The position numbers and the translations under genes were made by a program. This document shows positions 22,836 through 36,719 of a stretch of 64,000 nucleotides of DNA, in pieces. The stretch is from Hemiscyllium ocellatum (Eukaryota): assembly GCF_020745735.1 (NCBI RefSeq), contig NC_083445.1:29476370-29540369 (forward strand), written 5' to 3'. The notes under the pieces were generated by a model. That model was not told where the DNA came from. It saw nothing but the letters and a program-made list of their open reading frames with translations, and made no database searches. Numbering within the stretch: the first letter of the stretch is position 1; each line of letters opens with the position of its first letter.

Positions 22836-23743
22836 GACACTTATACAGTAGTCCAGAGACTGTGCTTATGAAACTTTCTAGTTGCAGACAATACCCAGTT
22901 TCAGGGAATGGTCAGATTCTCCCAGTCTGTGCCACATAGAGTCATAGAGATGTGCAGCATGTAGGTAGGCAAAGTTGTATTTGGTTTGTTTTGAAAAACA
23001 CAGGGACATACAATTCAGGTGTATCGTGAGGTCATTCAGCCTCTTAAAACCAGCTCCCCTATTTAGTAACTTTGGGGCTGATCTGATTTTGTTCTGAGCT
23101 CCCTGGTGCAGATAACTTCGGTCGTTCACCCTCCTGTGTTCCTTTCACTGAGCTGACAACACTCGGGCACATTTTACACCAGTTTTCTTCAAGCAGAAGA
23201 CTGATAGCCATGATTCTCTAAGCAACATATTCGCCAGATTGAAACTTCAGTCTTATTTTAAGGATATCTGACACATAGCAATCAAAAATGTACACTCGTT
23301 TCATATATTTCAAGATGCACTTATAATTAAGAGAGGTGGTGATTTCACTTGACTCATCGTTTGTATTTAACCAATAACATCATCTATTCCCATGACTACT
23401 TGAAAAATAAAATAATGTAAGTGGTCCAGTGCAGTGACTAGCAGGAATTAGGAAGAAAATTAAGGAGCAGCAACTTAAACATTCTAATATATGGATTATT
23501 ACTCAATCCACGTATAAATTAGCAAATGAAGAAGAACATTTGGGAATTGTACATGTGACAAAAGCAGTGGTGCAAGAGAGAGGGATTACATTTCATAAAG
23601 GCACAGGCATTCGTACTGGGAAAGGAAACAACTAGACCATTGGAATTAGCTCCACATGAAAACATTAGAGATCAGGATCCGAACGGATAAACTGTCACAC
23701 AGAAGGCTGCTGAATAAGATAAGAGCCCATGGTGTTCTGCACA

Positions 23744-24092
23744 AGACGGCCTCGTGGTATTATCATTAGACTGTTAATCCAGAGGTGCAAGTCAGGCACT
23801 GTGACGCAGGTTCGAACCTTGTCACGGTACATGGTGCAATTTGAACTTTGTAAAATGTGGATTTAAGAGTCTAACTATAACAGCGATTCCATTGTCGACT
23901 GTTGGAGAAACCCATCTTTTCACTAGTGGCCTTTAGGGAAGGAATCTGCCACCTTTACCCGGTCTGGCCTACATATGACTCCAGGCCACAGCAATGTGTT
24001 TCACTCGTTACTGCTCTCTGGACATTTAGAGATGAGCAATAAATACTGGCCTGGCCAGCGACGCCCTCATCCCATGAAGCAATTAAAAAAAA
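23744..24092 (+). mobile_element. tRNA-derived SINE, same family as 809-1133
   Basis: A-box-like GGCCTCGTGGT, B-box GGTTCGAACC, tail GCCAGCGACGCCCTCATCCCATGAAGCAATT(A)n. Confidence 0.75.
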
Positions 24093-24462
24093 GATACTGA
24101 CACGCATGGAATATTGCCTGACTGGTGACAGGCCAAGATGAGGGATAAAGGGGACTGTTTCAGAATGGAAGCTGCTGACCAGCAGAGATCCACAGCGATC
24201 AGTGTTGGGACTAACTGTCCACGTTGTACATTTTCAATCTGGATGAAGGAACTGACGGCATTAATGTTCAACTTGCAGTTTACACAACGGCAGCTAGAGG
24301 GACAGGTAGTGGTGTGGAGGTAGGGAGGCAGCAGAAGGACAAATCACCGAGAGTGTCAGGACTGGTTAATAAGCTAAGTAAGAACGCATGTGGTTTGCTA
24401 TTAGTTAAGGTATTGATGATAAGATTGGGGAGGTTATGTTGAACTGTTCAGATGTTCAGGTG

Positions 24463-24600
24463 AAAGTGAGGATTGCAGATGCTGGAGATCAGAGTCAAGA
24501 TTACAGTGTGCTGGAAAAACACAGCAGGTCAGGCAGCATCCGAGGAGCAGGAAAATCGACATTTCGGGCAAAAGCCCTTCATCAGAAATGAGGCAGGGAG
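24463..24600 (-). mobile_element. Penelope pseudo-LTR with near-intact hammerhead core (24558-24585)
   Basis: Minus strand CTGATGA-AGGGC-TTTT-GCCC-GAAA-TG-TC. Confidence 0.75.
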
Positions 24601-24829
24601 ACTACGAGGTAGAGAGATAAATGCCCCAGACTCAGTTACTGATTAAACCTCGACCCACCTCAAGTTTGAATGTTTAAAATCACCCAGTCTCAACAGCCCT
24701 CTGTGGTGAAGAAATACACAGAATCACTAAAAGTAATGTTATAATCACGCTGGACCATGGGGCTTTTGCTCATTGCAGAGAGATGACTCTATGGGGTGCT
24801 GGTAAAAGTAATGATCGCTACGCCTCTGA

Positions 24830-25885
24830 CAAATGGGAGAGATTGAGGTGGAGAATCCTTCATGGGAATCATAGTCAGGATGGGACAGCCATTCCCTATG
24901 GACAAGCCCTATGCATACACCGGATCTGCTCAGATGAAGAGGAACGTGACGGACACCTGGAAGTACTCAAGGATGCCCTTACAAGAACGAGGTACGATGC
25001 TTAAGTTATTGAACGCCAGTTCCGACGTGCCACAGCAAGGAACCGTATTGACCTCCTCAGGAGACGACATGTGCTGCAACTGACAGGGTACCCTTCGTTG
25101 TTCAGTACTTCCCAGGAGCTGGAAAAATTACACCATGTTCCTCGTGACCTGCAACACATTATCAATGAGGATGAGCATCTCACCAAGACCTTCCCCACAC
25201 TTCCACTACTTGCCTTTAAACAATCACCAAACCTCAAACAGATCATTGTTCGTAGCAAACTGTCGGGTCTCAGGACAACTTCATACAACCCTGTAATGCT
25301 AGACGCTGCAAAATGTGTCAGATTGTGGACATAGATACCACTATTACGCGTGGGAACACCTCCCACCTTGTACATGGCAGATATTCATGTGACTCAGCCA
25401 ACGTTGCCTATCTTATATGTTGCAGGCAAGGATGCCCAGAGGCATGGTACATTGGGGAAACTGAGCAAAGGCTATGACAATGGATGAATGTGCACCACAC
25501 AACAATCAACAGACAGGAGAATTCACTCCCAGTTGGGGAACACTTCAGTGCTCCAAGACATTCAGGCTCGGACCTTCGGGTGACCATCCTCCAAGGTGGA
25601 CTTCGGGACAGGCAGCAGAGGAAAGTGGCCGAGCAGAGGCTGATAGCTAAGTTCGATATCTATAAGGAGGGCCTCAACCGGGACCTTGTGTTCATGTCAC
25701 ATTACAGGTGATCACCACTGCACTACACACACACACACACACACACACACTCTCACATACACACGGACACGGTACACACGGATGCGCACACAGACACCCA
25801 CACACACACCCTTATAGACACACACACTCCAACACTCACACATGCACCCCCTCACAGACTTAAGACACTCTGCACTCACTAATCA

Positions 25886-25919
<34 letters not shown>

Positions 25920-26092
25920 TATTCCTACACACACTCACTCTCACATACACACGGACACAGGTACACACAGATCCGCACAGACACCCACACACCCTTATAG
26001 ACACAAACACTCCCACACTCACACATGCACCCCCTCACACACACACTCACTACACTCACAACCCCCACCCCAGACAGACATACATATATACA

Positions 26093-26126
<34 letters not shown>

Positions 26127-26345
26127 TAAAGACCAACATGCACACATATATTTTGTGGGGAGAATTTGTACTTGCAGGGTTACATTGTACTTCACTCAAA
26201 AACTGCATGCATTCTTGTAGAACTCTGAGCTCAAAAACTGCTTGAATTTATGTAAAACTCCGTTATCCCACGTTTTAGATTAGATTCAATCTAAACAATC
26301 ATGACAGACAGAGAACACCAGGGCTAACACCTTCAACATATTGGA
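24830..26345 (+). mobile_element. Penelope-like element 3' half (RT C-terminus, GIY-YIG, CA-rich tail)
   Basis: IPYGQALCIHRICSDEEERDGHL, RYSCDSANVAYLICCRQGCPEAWYIGETEQRL, LPVGEHFS..QRLIAKFD..GLNRDL; duplicated CA-rich block at 25720-26140. Confidence 0.9.
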
Positions 26346-26760
26346 AAAGTGCAGCAGGTCAGGCAGCATCCAAGGAGCAGGAGAATTGAAGTTTTGGGCA
26401 TGAGCCCTTCTTCAAGAATGAGGAAAGTGTGCCAAGCAGGCTAAGATTAAAGGGAGGGAGGAGGGACTTCGGGGAGAGGCGTTGGAAATGCGATAGGTGG
26501 AAGGAGGTTAATATGAGGGTGATGAGATTAGGGTGATAGGCTGGAGTGGGGGTAGGGGCGGAGAGGTCAGGAAGAAGATTGCAGGTTCGGAAGGTGGTGC
26601 TGAGTTCGAGGGTTGGGAATGAGACAAGGTGAGGGGGAGGGGAAATGAGGAAACTGGAGAAATCTGAGTTCATCCCTTGTGGTTGGAGGGTTCCTAGGCA
26701 GAAGATGAGGTGCTCTGAGTTCTCCAGTCTCCTCATTTCCCCTCCCCCAACCTTGTCTCA
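26345..26760 (-). mobile_element. Penelope-like (Neptune-type) 3' end and pseudo-LTR
   Basis: EHLIFCLGTLQPQGMNSDFSSF on the minus strand plus a decayed hammerhead near 26385-26415. Confidence 0.8.
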
Positions 26761-26769
26761 GTCCCACAG

Positions 26770-27700
26770 GAATGAGGCCAGTGTGCTAAAGGCTTTCTAT
26801 GCTGTCTGGATAAATACTCGGTAATCCCCATTCTCTGTCTTCTGCATGTTAACCAGTCCTTATTCCATGTTAATAGATTATCTGTCAAACTGTGAGCTCC
26901 TCGCTTGTGTAGAAATCTATCTTTTGTGTATCTCAAAGAAAAATCTCTTTTTAGCCCAATACCCCATCTATCAGTTCCCCTTTATCAAGTCTGGTTTAGA
27001 TATTCCCAGAGATGTCCAGCAAAAGTTTGCATCATTTTACATGGTCAAATATAATTTCCTGTTCACAAATCCATGTTGACTGTGATTGCTTTAAGCTTTT
27101 CTAAATGTACTGCAATTCCTTCTTTGATAATGGACACAAGTACATTTGCAGCAATAACTGTCAGGCTAAATGTCCTAAAGGTTCCTGGCTGAGGATCAAA
27201 ATCTTCCTGCTTTCTGTCTCATTCTGTTTCCGAAGTCATTGTAGGTTCTCCAGTTTCGTTGGAATATTCCTGCATTCCAGAGGGTTATGGAATATTTCAA
27301 GCAATGCTGCTTGTCACTCTGTAACCACTTCTTAAAAATCATGCCTTAGTTGCTGCTGCCTTGGTTACCCTTAGCTTTATCTTCTTTTCAAAAGCCTTGT
27401 TATTTTTGTTAGAGACAGTTCAAGAACTTTCCTCGTGGTACTATCTTGCCTGTATGTTTAAAACACTTATAGTGTCTTCCCCTGTGAAGATAGATGCAAA
27501 ATGCTATTTTAAATTATCTGCCTGTTCCCTGTCACCAATTCCCAATTCAACCCCTCCAGGATTCCCACATATACTTGCCTGACTTTCTTTCTTCCAAGGA
27601 TCACACATTCAAATTAAACCAATTATCATACACCCAGAAAATCTTTTGCTGCCTCTTTTATTTTCCAGAATCATTTAGTCTGTGATTGAATACTGACCTT
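26770..27700 (-). mobile_element. CR1 LINE RT fragment
   Basis: Decayed RT-like minus-strand sequence (NMDL..KLYLT, NKDWLTCRRQRMGI). Confidence 0.6.
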
Positions 27701-28239
27701 GATAGCTTTTAAACTTCATAGATGATTCATCTTCATATTGAGTCCTTCATTCTGAAGAGAAACAATTATTTCTGAGCATTATGAGGTATCCATGTGTCAC
27801 TGTACATCCACTAACCTTTCCCTGGTTCTATTTCACATCCAGCTTCAGACCAGATAGAAGACGAATCCCTGTGATTTACATTTCTGTTTATTCACAATCA
27901 TTCTGGGGAAGTTCCACATGTGACTGAACACATGATCAGCTGACAGTAACTCCGTTCTCCAAGTTTCTTTGCCTTTATCATTGTATTTTGATGATACCAC
28001 ATTCCGATTGTAAGCCTGCAACATGACCTCCTTTTCATCCCAAATAAGAAACCTGATGGACAGGGCATTTCAGCTTTGATTGACCCAAATCCCGCAATTC
28101 TGCCCCGACCCTGTCCCCTCCTTTTGGAAGAACAGGAGCGATCCTCTTACCCTTTTGTTCACTGTACTAGAATCTGCATTTGAAGAGTCATCCTCCATCA
28201 CTTCCATCAAACACATTTTCCTCTCCACGTCCACTGGTA

Positions 28240-29020
28240 GCATTTCACAAGGGCCATTTCCTCTGTGACACCTTCCAACACCCTGAACACTTCCCTACTC
28301 CCTCATGGCACCTTCCCATGCAATTGCAGAAGCTGCATCACTTGCCATTCGCCCCTTCCCTCCTCACTGTGCACGGACCAAAACACAGGGAAAGCAGCAT
28401 TTCAGTTGTATTCTTTGAACCCAAACTCATGTCATTGCTGCTCACAGCACAGTCTCCTTGACTTTGTCAAGTCCGAATGGACAATGCTTAGAGGAACTCT
28501 TCCACTCTTGGAATAACCGTGACCTTCTAATTGCTTCCCATTACAATAACTAACCTTTCTCTCATGCAAACATTTGACTCCTGGGCTGCTGCAATGTTCC
28601 AATTCTCGGGTAACATTTTACTCTTTGGTACTTTACACCCTGTCAGCCTTAATATTCAATTCCATAACTTCACAGCCTTACCCCATTATTACTGTTCTCT
28701 ATTTTTGTTTACTTTCTGCTCTCCCTATGACCTTATATGTTTATGTCTTCTTTATCTTGTAATTAATAGCGAGAATCCATTTCCCCCACTCACACCTTAA
28801 TTTACATCCATCATGCATCTGTTTCTCTTTCACAGCAACTAAAAGCTTGTCTGTCTTCTGCACTGCACCTCCACACCTTCTATTTCCAATCACCTCTGCT
28901 CCACCTCTGTCAAGGGATTAAAAAGCCCATTTTCCAATCCTTTTTAGTTCTGATGAAGTGTCATACCAGACTTGAAAAATTGACCCTGTTTCTCTGTCTC
29001 TGTAGATGCTGCCAGACCTG
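28240..29020 (+). mobile_element. Decayed Penelope-like GIY-YIG end and pseudo-LTR
   Basis: HGTFPCNCRSCITC motif; CTGATGA at 28950-28956 and GAAA at 28974-28977 in the terminal repeat. Confidence 0.65.
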
Positions 29021-30120
29021 TACATTAATAACATTTCAAATGCATTTGGGCAAATACATGGAAAGGAAATATTTATAAAGATAAAGGCTAAGTGCAGGGA
29101 ATTGGAGTTAGCAGTGATGGACGTTTTCTTCGCAATAGACTAGTTTGGGCTAAAGGTCCTGTCTCCATGATATTGAACTCGCTGACTCTATGACTCATCA
29201 GTCCTAGTGTCCCATTTCTCTGGAAATGGATAGGCACAGAACATATTTTCAGTAAGATGAGGAGATATTGAGATCTGAAATCTGGTGTCAATAATTGTGA
29301 GGTTGAAGTCAATGTAGATTGTAAACTCAATTTTGCTTCACCAAAGTACTTTCAGGAAGCAAATCTACCATGCTTTTCTGGTCTGGCCGATATGTGATTC
29401 CGGACACACAGACATGTGATAAACTCTTCAGTGGTCTCTGAAATGGCCAAGCGGAACACTGAATTGTATCAAACTGATCCGAGGTTTTTTAATACAGAAC
29501 CCCTGGATCTAGCTTAGGTATCGGAAAAGGGAATGGGAAGCACAATCCTGTTGATGCTGACATCTGAGAACCTGTGAGAACATTGACAGAGCTTCCCTCT
29601 AGGCTGTGCATAATGATCGAGAAAGGAGTAGACAATTCAACTCATTAAGTCTTGCTTATTCCAATTCATGGCTGAAACCCATTACAAAGTATTTTCCCAC
29701 TCTATGTACAGATCCATTAACACAATTAACTATAGGAAGCAAATATAGAATAGGCCTATTGTTTCCCAATTCAATATAATGATAGCTGATAATCTATCTT
29801 CACAACATATTCCTGATCTCTCCCAATTCAGTTGTTGTCTAAATATCCTTATTTGTATTAAGTGCCCTGGCTTTCACGGCGTGGGATCGAGTTCCCCAGG
29901 TTCACAAGTGTAGACGTTTATTGCCATCTCAATGCAGAGTGGGCTGCCTGTGTTTCATACCGTGCTCCTTTGTTCTAAACGTCTCAGGGGAAATATTATC
30001 TCTATTTCCAAGCGATATCGCCCTGCCAGAGTTTTATAAATTTCACTGAGACCGGCACTGATTTTCCTAAATCTCATGAAATACAGGCCCAGTTGACCCA
30101 AACTCTACTCACACAAAACG

Positions 30121-30212
30121 CCGGATGAAGCGCTTTTGCCCGAAACGTCGATTTTCCTACTCCTCGGATGCTGCCTGACCTGCTGTGCTTTTCCAGCACC
30201 ACATTCCTGACT
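30121..30212 (+). mobile_element. Penelope pseudo-LTR with hammerhead-like motif
   Basis: CGGATGA-AGCGC-TTTT-GCCC-GAAACGTC followed by the repeat body. Confidence 0.7.
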
Positions 30213-30259
30213 CCCACTAAAAGCATGTCATGCTCGAGTTGAGTCATCCTTCACTGGTC

Positions 30260-30600
30260 TTCCTCAATGACAGGTTTGTTCTTTAGTAGGTAAGGAGACC
30301 AAAACTGCTCACAATACTGCACAATGCTCGAGATGAGCTCTCATCAAGACCCTGCATATCTGTAGTATGAAAACCTTCCTCCTGTACTCTAAACCCCTTG
30401 AAATAAAGGTTAATACTTAAATTTACCTTTCTAACTGCTTCCTGCTGCAGCAATATTGCTTTAAATGACTGGTGTTCAAGGAGATCTAAATCCTTTTCAA
30501 TGTTACAGATACCCACTTGATGTGGTCTATTGTTTGGGCTACCCACGACAGAGCAGCATAAAATGGCCGATGAAAGCCCCAGCAAGCTTTGCAGAAAATG
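30260..30600 (-). mobile_element. CR1 LINE fragment
   Basis: Minus-strand CR1-like tail (LMRAHLEHCAVL..SPY region). Confidence 0.55.
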
Positions 30601-31589
30601 TTTAACAGAAAATATAGAGTGTGGAAAACGCTTGGTTATAGTGGTCTCTGCACAACAAACATTGGCTATCTGTTCCTTTATAAGAGTGGAAGAGCAACAT
30701 TTCTGCTAACCTAAAGATAAGAATATTTCACACCAACTGGCTGTTACTCTTAAATATTCTCTAATCAATCAGCTATAATATTGACCTCAGATCATTCAAG
30801 ATAACCATAGATACAGATTCCCAAGTTAATAAATATAACTAACAAAACTAGAATGAAAGTTTCAAACTAACTATAAAGAGGCCTCCTTAATCTCTTAGCA
30901 AGGAGAGCAGCAAGAAGGATAAGCAAACACACATGTCAGAGCTGAGGGATAATGGTCATTAATCACCATGTCACATTAACTATGGCTCAATCAGTTCATA
31001 GCAGCAAGCAATTACTAATCCAAAGTGGTGCACAAAAAGTCAGTCTGAGTTGGAAAACCCAGCACTAATGAAATAATTGTATACAGGGCAGGGAACGTGT
31101 GCCCACGATGTTAAGATAATAAGAAAATGTATAAAACAAATTTGGCTCATATTTAAAGTTACAATGTCATTGACTATCGTTCTGATCTGAGTAGAAGTTT
31201 AAGGGGATAATAGAGCCCTCACACTGAGGCAAGATTCACGGTGGTCTTTGCCCTCTCCCTGCGTTGGACTGGATCATGCTTGAATAAATGACCATGTGAC
31301 TGAACTCTGCTTGTCTCCGGAAATTTATGGCCTCTCAATGGTTGCTCCTATTTCTGTTTTCACTGATGAGCTTTCCAATACCATTCCCTGTATTGAGTTC
31401 TGCCATCAGAAATCTCTGCCCTGCGTGGACCTTGGCGGTCTGCACAGAAATAAACCGGAAAAAAGCGCATTACACCCGTCATAGATCAATATTTTTTCAA
31501 TCAATTGCTTTTAACCATGATAGGCTGCCATTCTATATTCCCACAAATGTGCACAATATCATGTCTAACCACATTGTTATTTGTTTCTC

Positions 31590-32020
31590 ATGTATTTTAT
31601 CCATTCACTCCACTTGTCTCAGTCACCTTGGAGTCTTTTTATGCCGTGTTCAACATTCACAATTCTACATAGTTCAGTGCCATCAATAGACTTGGAAACT
31701 TCGCATTTGATTCCCTTAATCAAAATGTTGAAATATGTTGTGAATAGCTGGGAACAAGCACAGATCCCAGCAACACCACACGAGCTTTCCCCTCCATAAA
31801 CAACATTGTTGTTGTACTTTCTACTCGCAAATAAAACAGATGCACAGCACTCATGTAACAATCGATTCGTGTTCTCAAGCTTCACACAGATTGCCCCCTT
31901 GAAATCGAATGGGACCTAATTGTTGCCTGGTTATTATGCACCGCATGACGAACTTGTAAAACATCTTGGGATTCTTCCTAATCTTGCCTGCTGTCGGGTT
32001 AGGAAAAGTCTCAATTGTTT
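31590..32020 (-). mobile_element. CR1 LINE fragment
   Basis: RKNPKMFYKFV..QLGPIRFQGGNLC and downstream KRLQGD-like pieces. Confidence 0.65.
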
Positions 32021-34279
32021 TGAGAAGATTCCCTACCATCTAAACTTAAAGGACTTCTACAAGAATGTTATAGTTTATAAAAATTACACTTAACAAAGAA
32101 AACTCTAGCAGCTGAGCCATGCTGGATATACACTCCCAGGCACAGTTTTTCTGCAAACTTGGGAAACCTATTCACACCTCAGCCCTTCAAAAGCAATGAA
32201 CTGATCTTTATGACAAACTGGATTCAGACAACATGGAGTCTGCACAAATTCCAAGACCTCCAATTTCAAAGGATATTTAATCACATAAACACAGGACATT
32301 TCACATTGTTACGAAGCCCATTCATTCAAATGTAAAAGGCATGTGCAACTACTCTGATAACCAGGAAGACCAATTTACCTCAGAAGAAATAACAAAGAGA
32401 CTATAATACGAAACCAGATTTGGTGGGGAGATAAGAAGGCCTGCAATTTGGTCCAACTGGAGGCCCCGAACCCAGGGAAAAAAAAAACACAATTCAGAAG
32501 GAATTGAAACAGAATGGGCAATGACCCTCCAACTACCGCCAGGAGAAGGACTACTGCACCAAGAACGATTCTCAGAGCCATCTCCAACCTGCATCCACCG
32601 GTCAGAGACCACAAACTCGACAACCAAAGACACTAGAGAGCACTGACATACACCTGATCAACACCCCGACCTCAATTACTTTCTGGGACGTAGATCCGCT
32701 CACAAAAACAACCAGTATAAAAAAAAATCAAGGTAGTCACCCAACTTGTTAAAACGTGACCTCGCTCCTCAGTGGACATAGTCCATACTGACAGCCTACA
32801 GCATCCGACGTTCTTAAAAGAGCACCAGCTATGGCGAGCGGAAACAGCTACCTGCACTTTCAAATCCGGTTGTTCCAGTGGTGAGCTCAATTTCATTGAG
32901 ATGCTAAAATCCAACTAGTTCGCAGGAAGGGGGGAGGGGCGTTGGAAACGTTGCAGCTCCTCCCAAGGTCTCTTTACTCAGGTGCTTGAGATCATATTAT
33001 TGTTGGATGGGTGCAGCAATAAATATCTTGTGATGGACCAAATGCACAGTTCAGACTGGATTTTAATGTAGACTCTGTACTTAACAGTGCCAATCCCACT
33101 GCTTAAAATTTAACTTTTTTTCGTCGTTTCCTTGTGATACATTCACCTTTGCGTTATTTTCTGTAAATATTCAGTAGTAACGCTACCTCCTGTTCTATCA
33201 CATCACATTTACCAGCTTAAGCTCTGTGTCAGGAGCAGGGATTTGGTGGGTGATCCGGTTGACCTGAGAGTTCCATCAGATTACTGACCACACCAAACAG
33301 AATTCCCTAGATTGCTTGCACTTCCCTATAAAAATGCATTAGTCAGTCTCCTCTGGGTGCATTTCTAAGTTTCAATGTGATCACCTCTTATTCTTTAACA
33401 TGCCAGAGAACACAGGCCGCCTTTTGTCATCAGACAGTCTTGGCATATGAGGGATTAATCTGGAGATTGTCCTTTACACTTCCTCTGCCGTGAGTGCATT
33501 TTAAAAAAAATACCAAAACTGTACACAATACTCCAGGTGCAGTGTGACCAACCTTCTCTGCAACTGGTGCAGGACAAATTTACTTCTTTATTCCGATTTC
33601 CTTTAAATGAAAGTCAACCGAACTTTTGCCATTCCATTTTCATCTGATTCCCCCCAGTATCCTGCAGTTTAGTTCTATTTACTAATTTCCGATATGAGTT
33701 CTTTAAAACATCCACTTGGATATCCAACTGCACCACATTCACTGTTCCTACATTTCTATGTCTACAAGAAACATCTTCAAACAATTCGAAAAAAAACGTT
33801 TGTCAATTACAATTTTGCTTTCATAAATTTGTTATCAGTCTCTTCAATTTTGCCGCTAAGTTTTCAATGTTCAATAGCACATCATTGTTTATAGATTCTA
33901 ACAAATTCCCTGCGGTTAACTGGTTTATAGTTTGCCACACTTCCTCTTCATCTCTTCTTCATCGTTGGATGGTATTCATAACCTTTCCGTTTTGCGTAGT
34001 GCCTTCTAGCTTTTGCGGAATGTTCAGGAAAATAATACAGAGATCACCAGTGCAACTAATATTTTTATTGCTGTTTACTCCAGAAACCTGGCATGATGTA
34101 CATCTCTCTTGTCAATTTTATCAATGCTCAATCCAGCTATAGGTTTAAATACTACCTAGTTGATGTTATGAATAATTTTAATCTTTAGTTACACAAGTCC
34201 CATGGTTACTTGGTAATTCCGGGCGATTTTCTGGATCTTCCTCTGTGAAGATTGACTCAAACTATGTTTCCCCTATAGA

Positions 34280-35625
34280 TGCAAGGAGTACTGTTACATC
34301 AAATGAAACCACTATGATGAAATAATGACTTCATTTGATGCAACAGCACTCTTTACATCTATAGAGATTGACTTAGCCAACAGTATCACAGCCACATTTT
34401 TGAATGAAGCTGGTACTCGGACACCCGATGACACCAGCAGCATCAACAAGAACAGCATGTTACAAATACTGGACCTGTGCTTCACTACTAACGTTCCATT
34501 CAATGGACAAGTGTAAAGACAAATCAGCGATGCAGCAAGGGAGTCACTGATATCAGGCCTGAGAGCAGAAGCAACACTTAGAATGGACAGCTCTCCTCAG
34601 CATCTAACCCAAACTCTGGATGTGGCATGTAGATGATACCTTTGTTATCATTAAATGTACATAACTGGAAGAAGAAGCTCATTGGAATCAGATTCAATGA
34701 AGAAGAAGAAAACGACAGCAGACTTCCCTTCCTGGACATATTAGTGGAACGCATACCTACCGGGGATCTCCTGACCAGTGTGTACAGGAAGAAAACCTAT
34801 ACAGACCAGATACTGAACAATAACAGCAACCATTCCAGCATCCGCAAACAATGCTGCATTAGAACACACTTTAAACTGGCAAGGACAAACTGCAGCAACG
34901 CAGAACTCCACAAGGGTGAACAGGAACACATATTCAAGGGATTCAGCCGAAACTCCCAAGAGCACTATCCTCTAATAAATACATGGCAAATCTAAAGAGG
35001 AAAACACAGCACGACCAGATACGATAGTGAGCATACCCTACATCAAAGAAATGTCAGAAATGACTACAGATTACTTGGACCCCTGACGAACATCAGTGGC
35101 GCAGAAAATGGGAAACACCTTTCCACCAGCTCCTCACAAAGGTTAAAGATACGACACCCACATGCTACAGAACAAAAGGTATCCACACGATACCCTGAAA
35201 AACACTATATAGGACAAACAGGAAGAAAACTGACCATACGAGTGCACAAGCACCTGCTCGCCACTGCCAGACACGACCAGTACCCTCTCATTTCCAAAAA
35301 CACAGACAATGAAGGGCATAAATTCAGCCTGGAAAATGTAAGCATTTTCATACAGGCAATATAGAGATAGGCGAGAGAATTCCAGAAAGCATGGCACTCC
35401 AACCAGACCTCAGTCAATAAATACATTGAACTGGACCCCATACACAAACCACAAGATACAGAACAGCAAGTACCAAAAACCAGAGGCACATAAATACCAG
35501 TTGGGACAGACCACCAACACTGTTTTGAAGATGCACTGATGATGTCATCTAGAGAGGCAGGGAAACGTCTGTAGAAACACACACCAGCTTGGCGAACAAA
35601 TCAATGACCTCATCCACAATCCGAA
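34280..35625 (+). mobile_element. Decayed Penelope (Poseidon-like) RT plus GIY-YIG with terminal hammerhead
   Basis: SFDATALFTSI, HVDDTFVII, RLPFLDILVER..VYRKKTYTDQILN, YIGQTGRKLTIRVHKH; GCA-CTGATGA..GAAACGTC-TGT at 35533-35572. Confidence 0.9.
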
Positions 35626-36719
35626 CTACAAATTGTTGGAAAGAGATGAACTTATTTCTATACAGAATACCGGGAGAAATCACCAACAGAAGCCAATTAC
35701 ATTGCAAATGGAGGATTTCATTCTGCTTCTCCAGTCTGACGCATAGAAATAGCAGAAGTATCTTCAGGCCCACGAACATCTTGCACCAGAACAGTATGAT
35801 GCCATTCAACCCCTGGAGACTAATATACAGTTCCAGGTGGAGGGCAATCAGCCGCTCAAACCTATAATACTGGACACAGAGTATGCCATGCTGCACCATT
35901 ATCCTGTTACATACCAACAGGATCAGTCCATTGACCTTTCCTTGTGAATGGTTTATGCCCAAAACATCGATTCTCCTGCTCCTCGGATGCTGCCTGAACA
36001 ACTGTGCTTTCCCAGCAACCCACTCTTGACACCAACAGGATCAGGCCATTGAGCCTCCTCAAGTCCATATCCTAAGACCAGGAAGAGGCCAGAAAGTGAC
36101 TGAACATTGTGAGGCTGGAATAAGAAGAGGTCATCCAATCCATTGAGCCAGAAATTAGGAAAGGTTATGAAACTGTTTCAGACATGTTATGGGAATGGAA
36201 GAGGTAATTCAGACACCTGTCTGTATATGTGAACAGGAAAAGACAAAGCACTCCCTGAATCCCACTTCAGGAATACAGAAGGAGACCGGTCAGTATCTTG
36301 AGCCTGCTATTGAGGAATACGAGGAGGTCCTTCAGAACATCAAACTGTTACATGGCAACAGAAAGATTTCATAAGTCTTCAGGCCTCTAATGCAATCAAC
36401 AGAGGGTAGAAAAACAGATCTTGAGCCTCTTACTCATGAGCAGGATCAAGATATTCAGGCTATTGAGACCATAATACAGAAACACCACGAGGACATGCAG
36501 CTCAAAGAAATTATTAATGAGTCCATTTGCTATTCATGCCTCTCACGCACAGCAATCAGAGCAGATCTATTAAAGCTTTGTCTCCTTCACACAGGACTTA
36601 AAAAATAAATGCAGAAGCTACATAAAAAAAGAAGTTAGATTAATTATCTTCACTAGGAAATTAAAAAGCAGTGAACAAGACTATTAGGGTTTCAGGAAAA
36701 TTGTAAGAATCCATCATTA

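Noticed and set aside
36189-36608. Two short charged ORFs
   Set aside because: No recognisable motif or splice signals; cannot be supported as coding.
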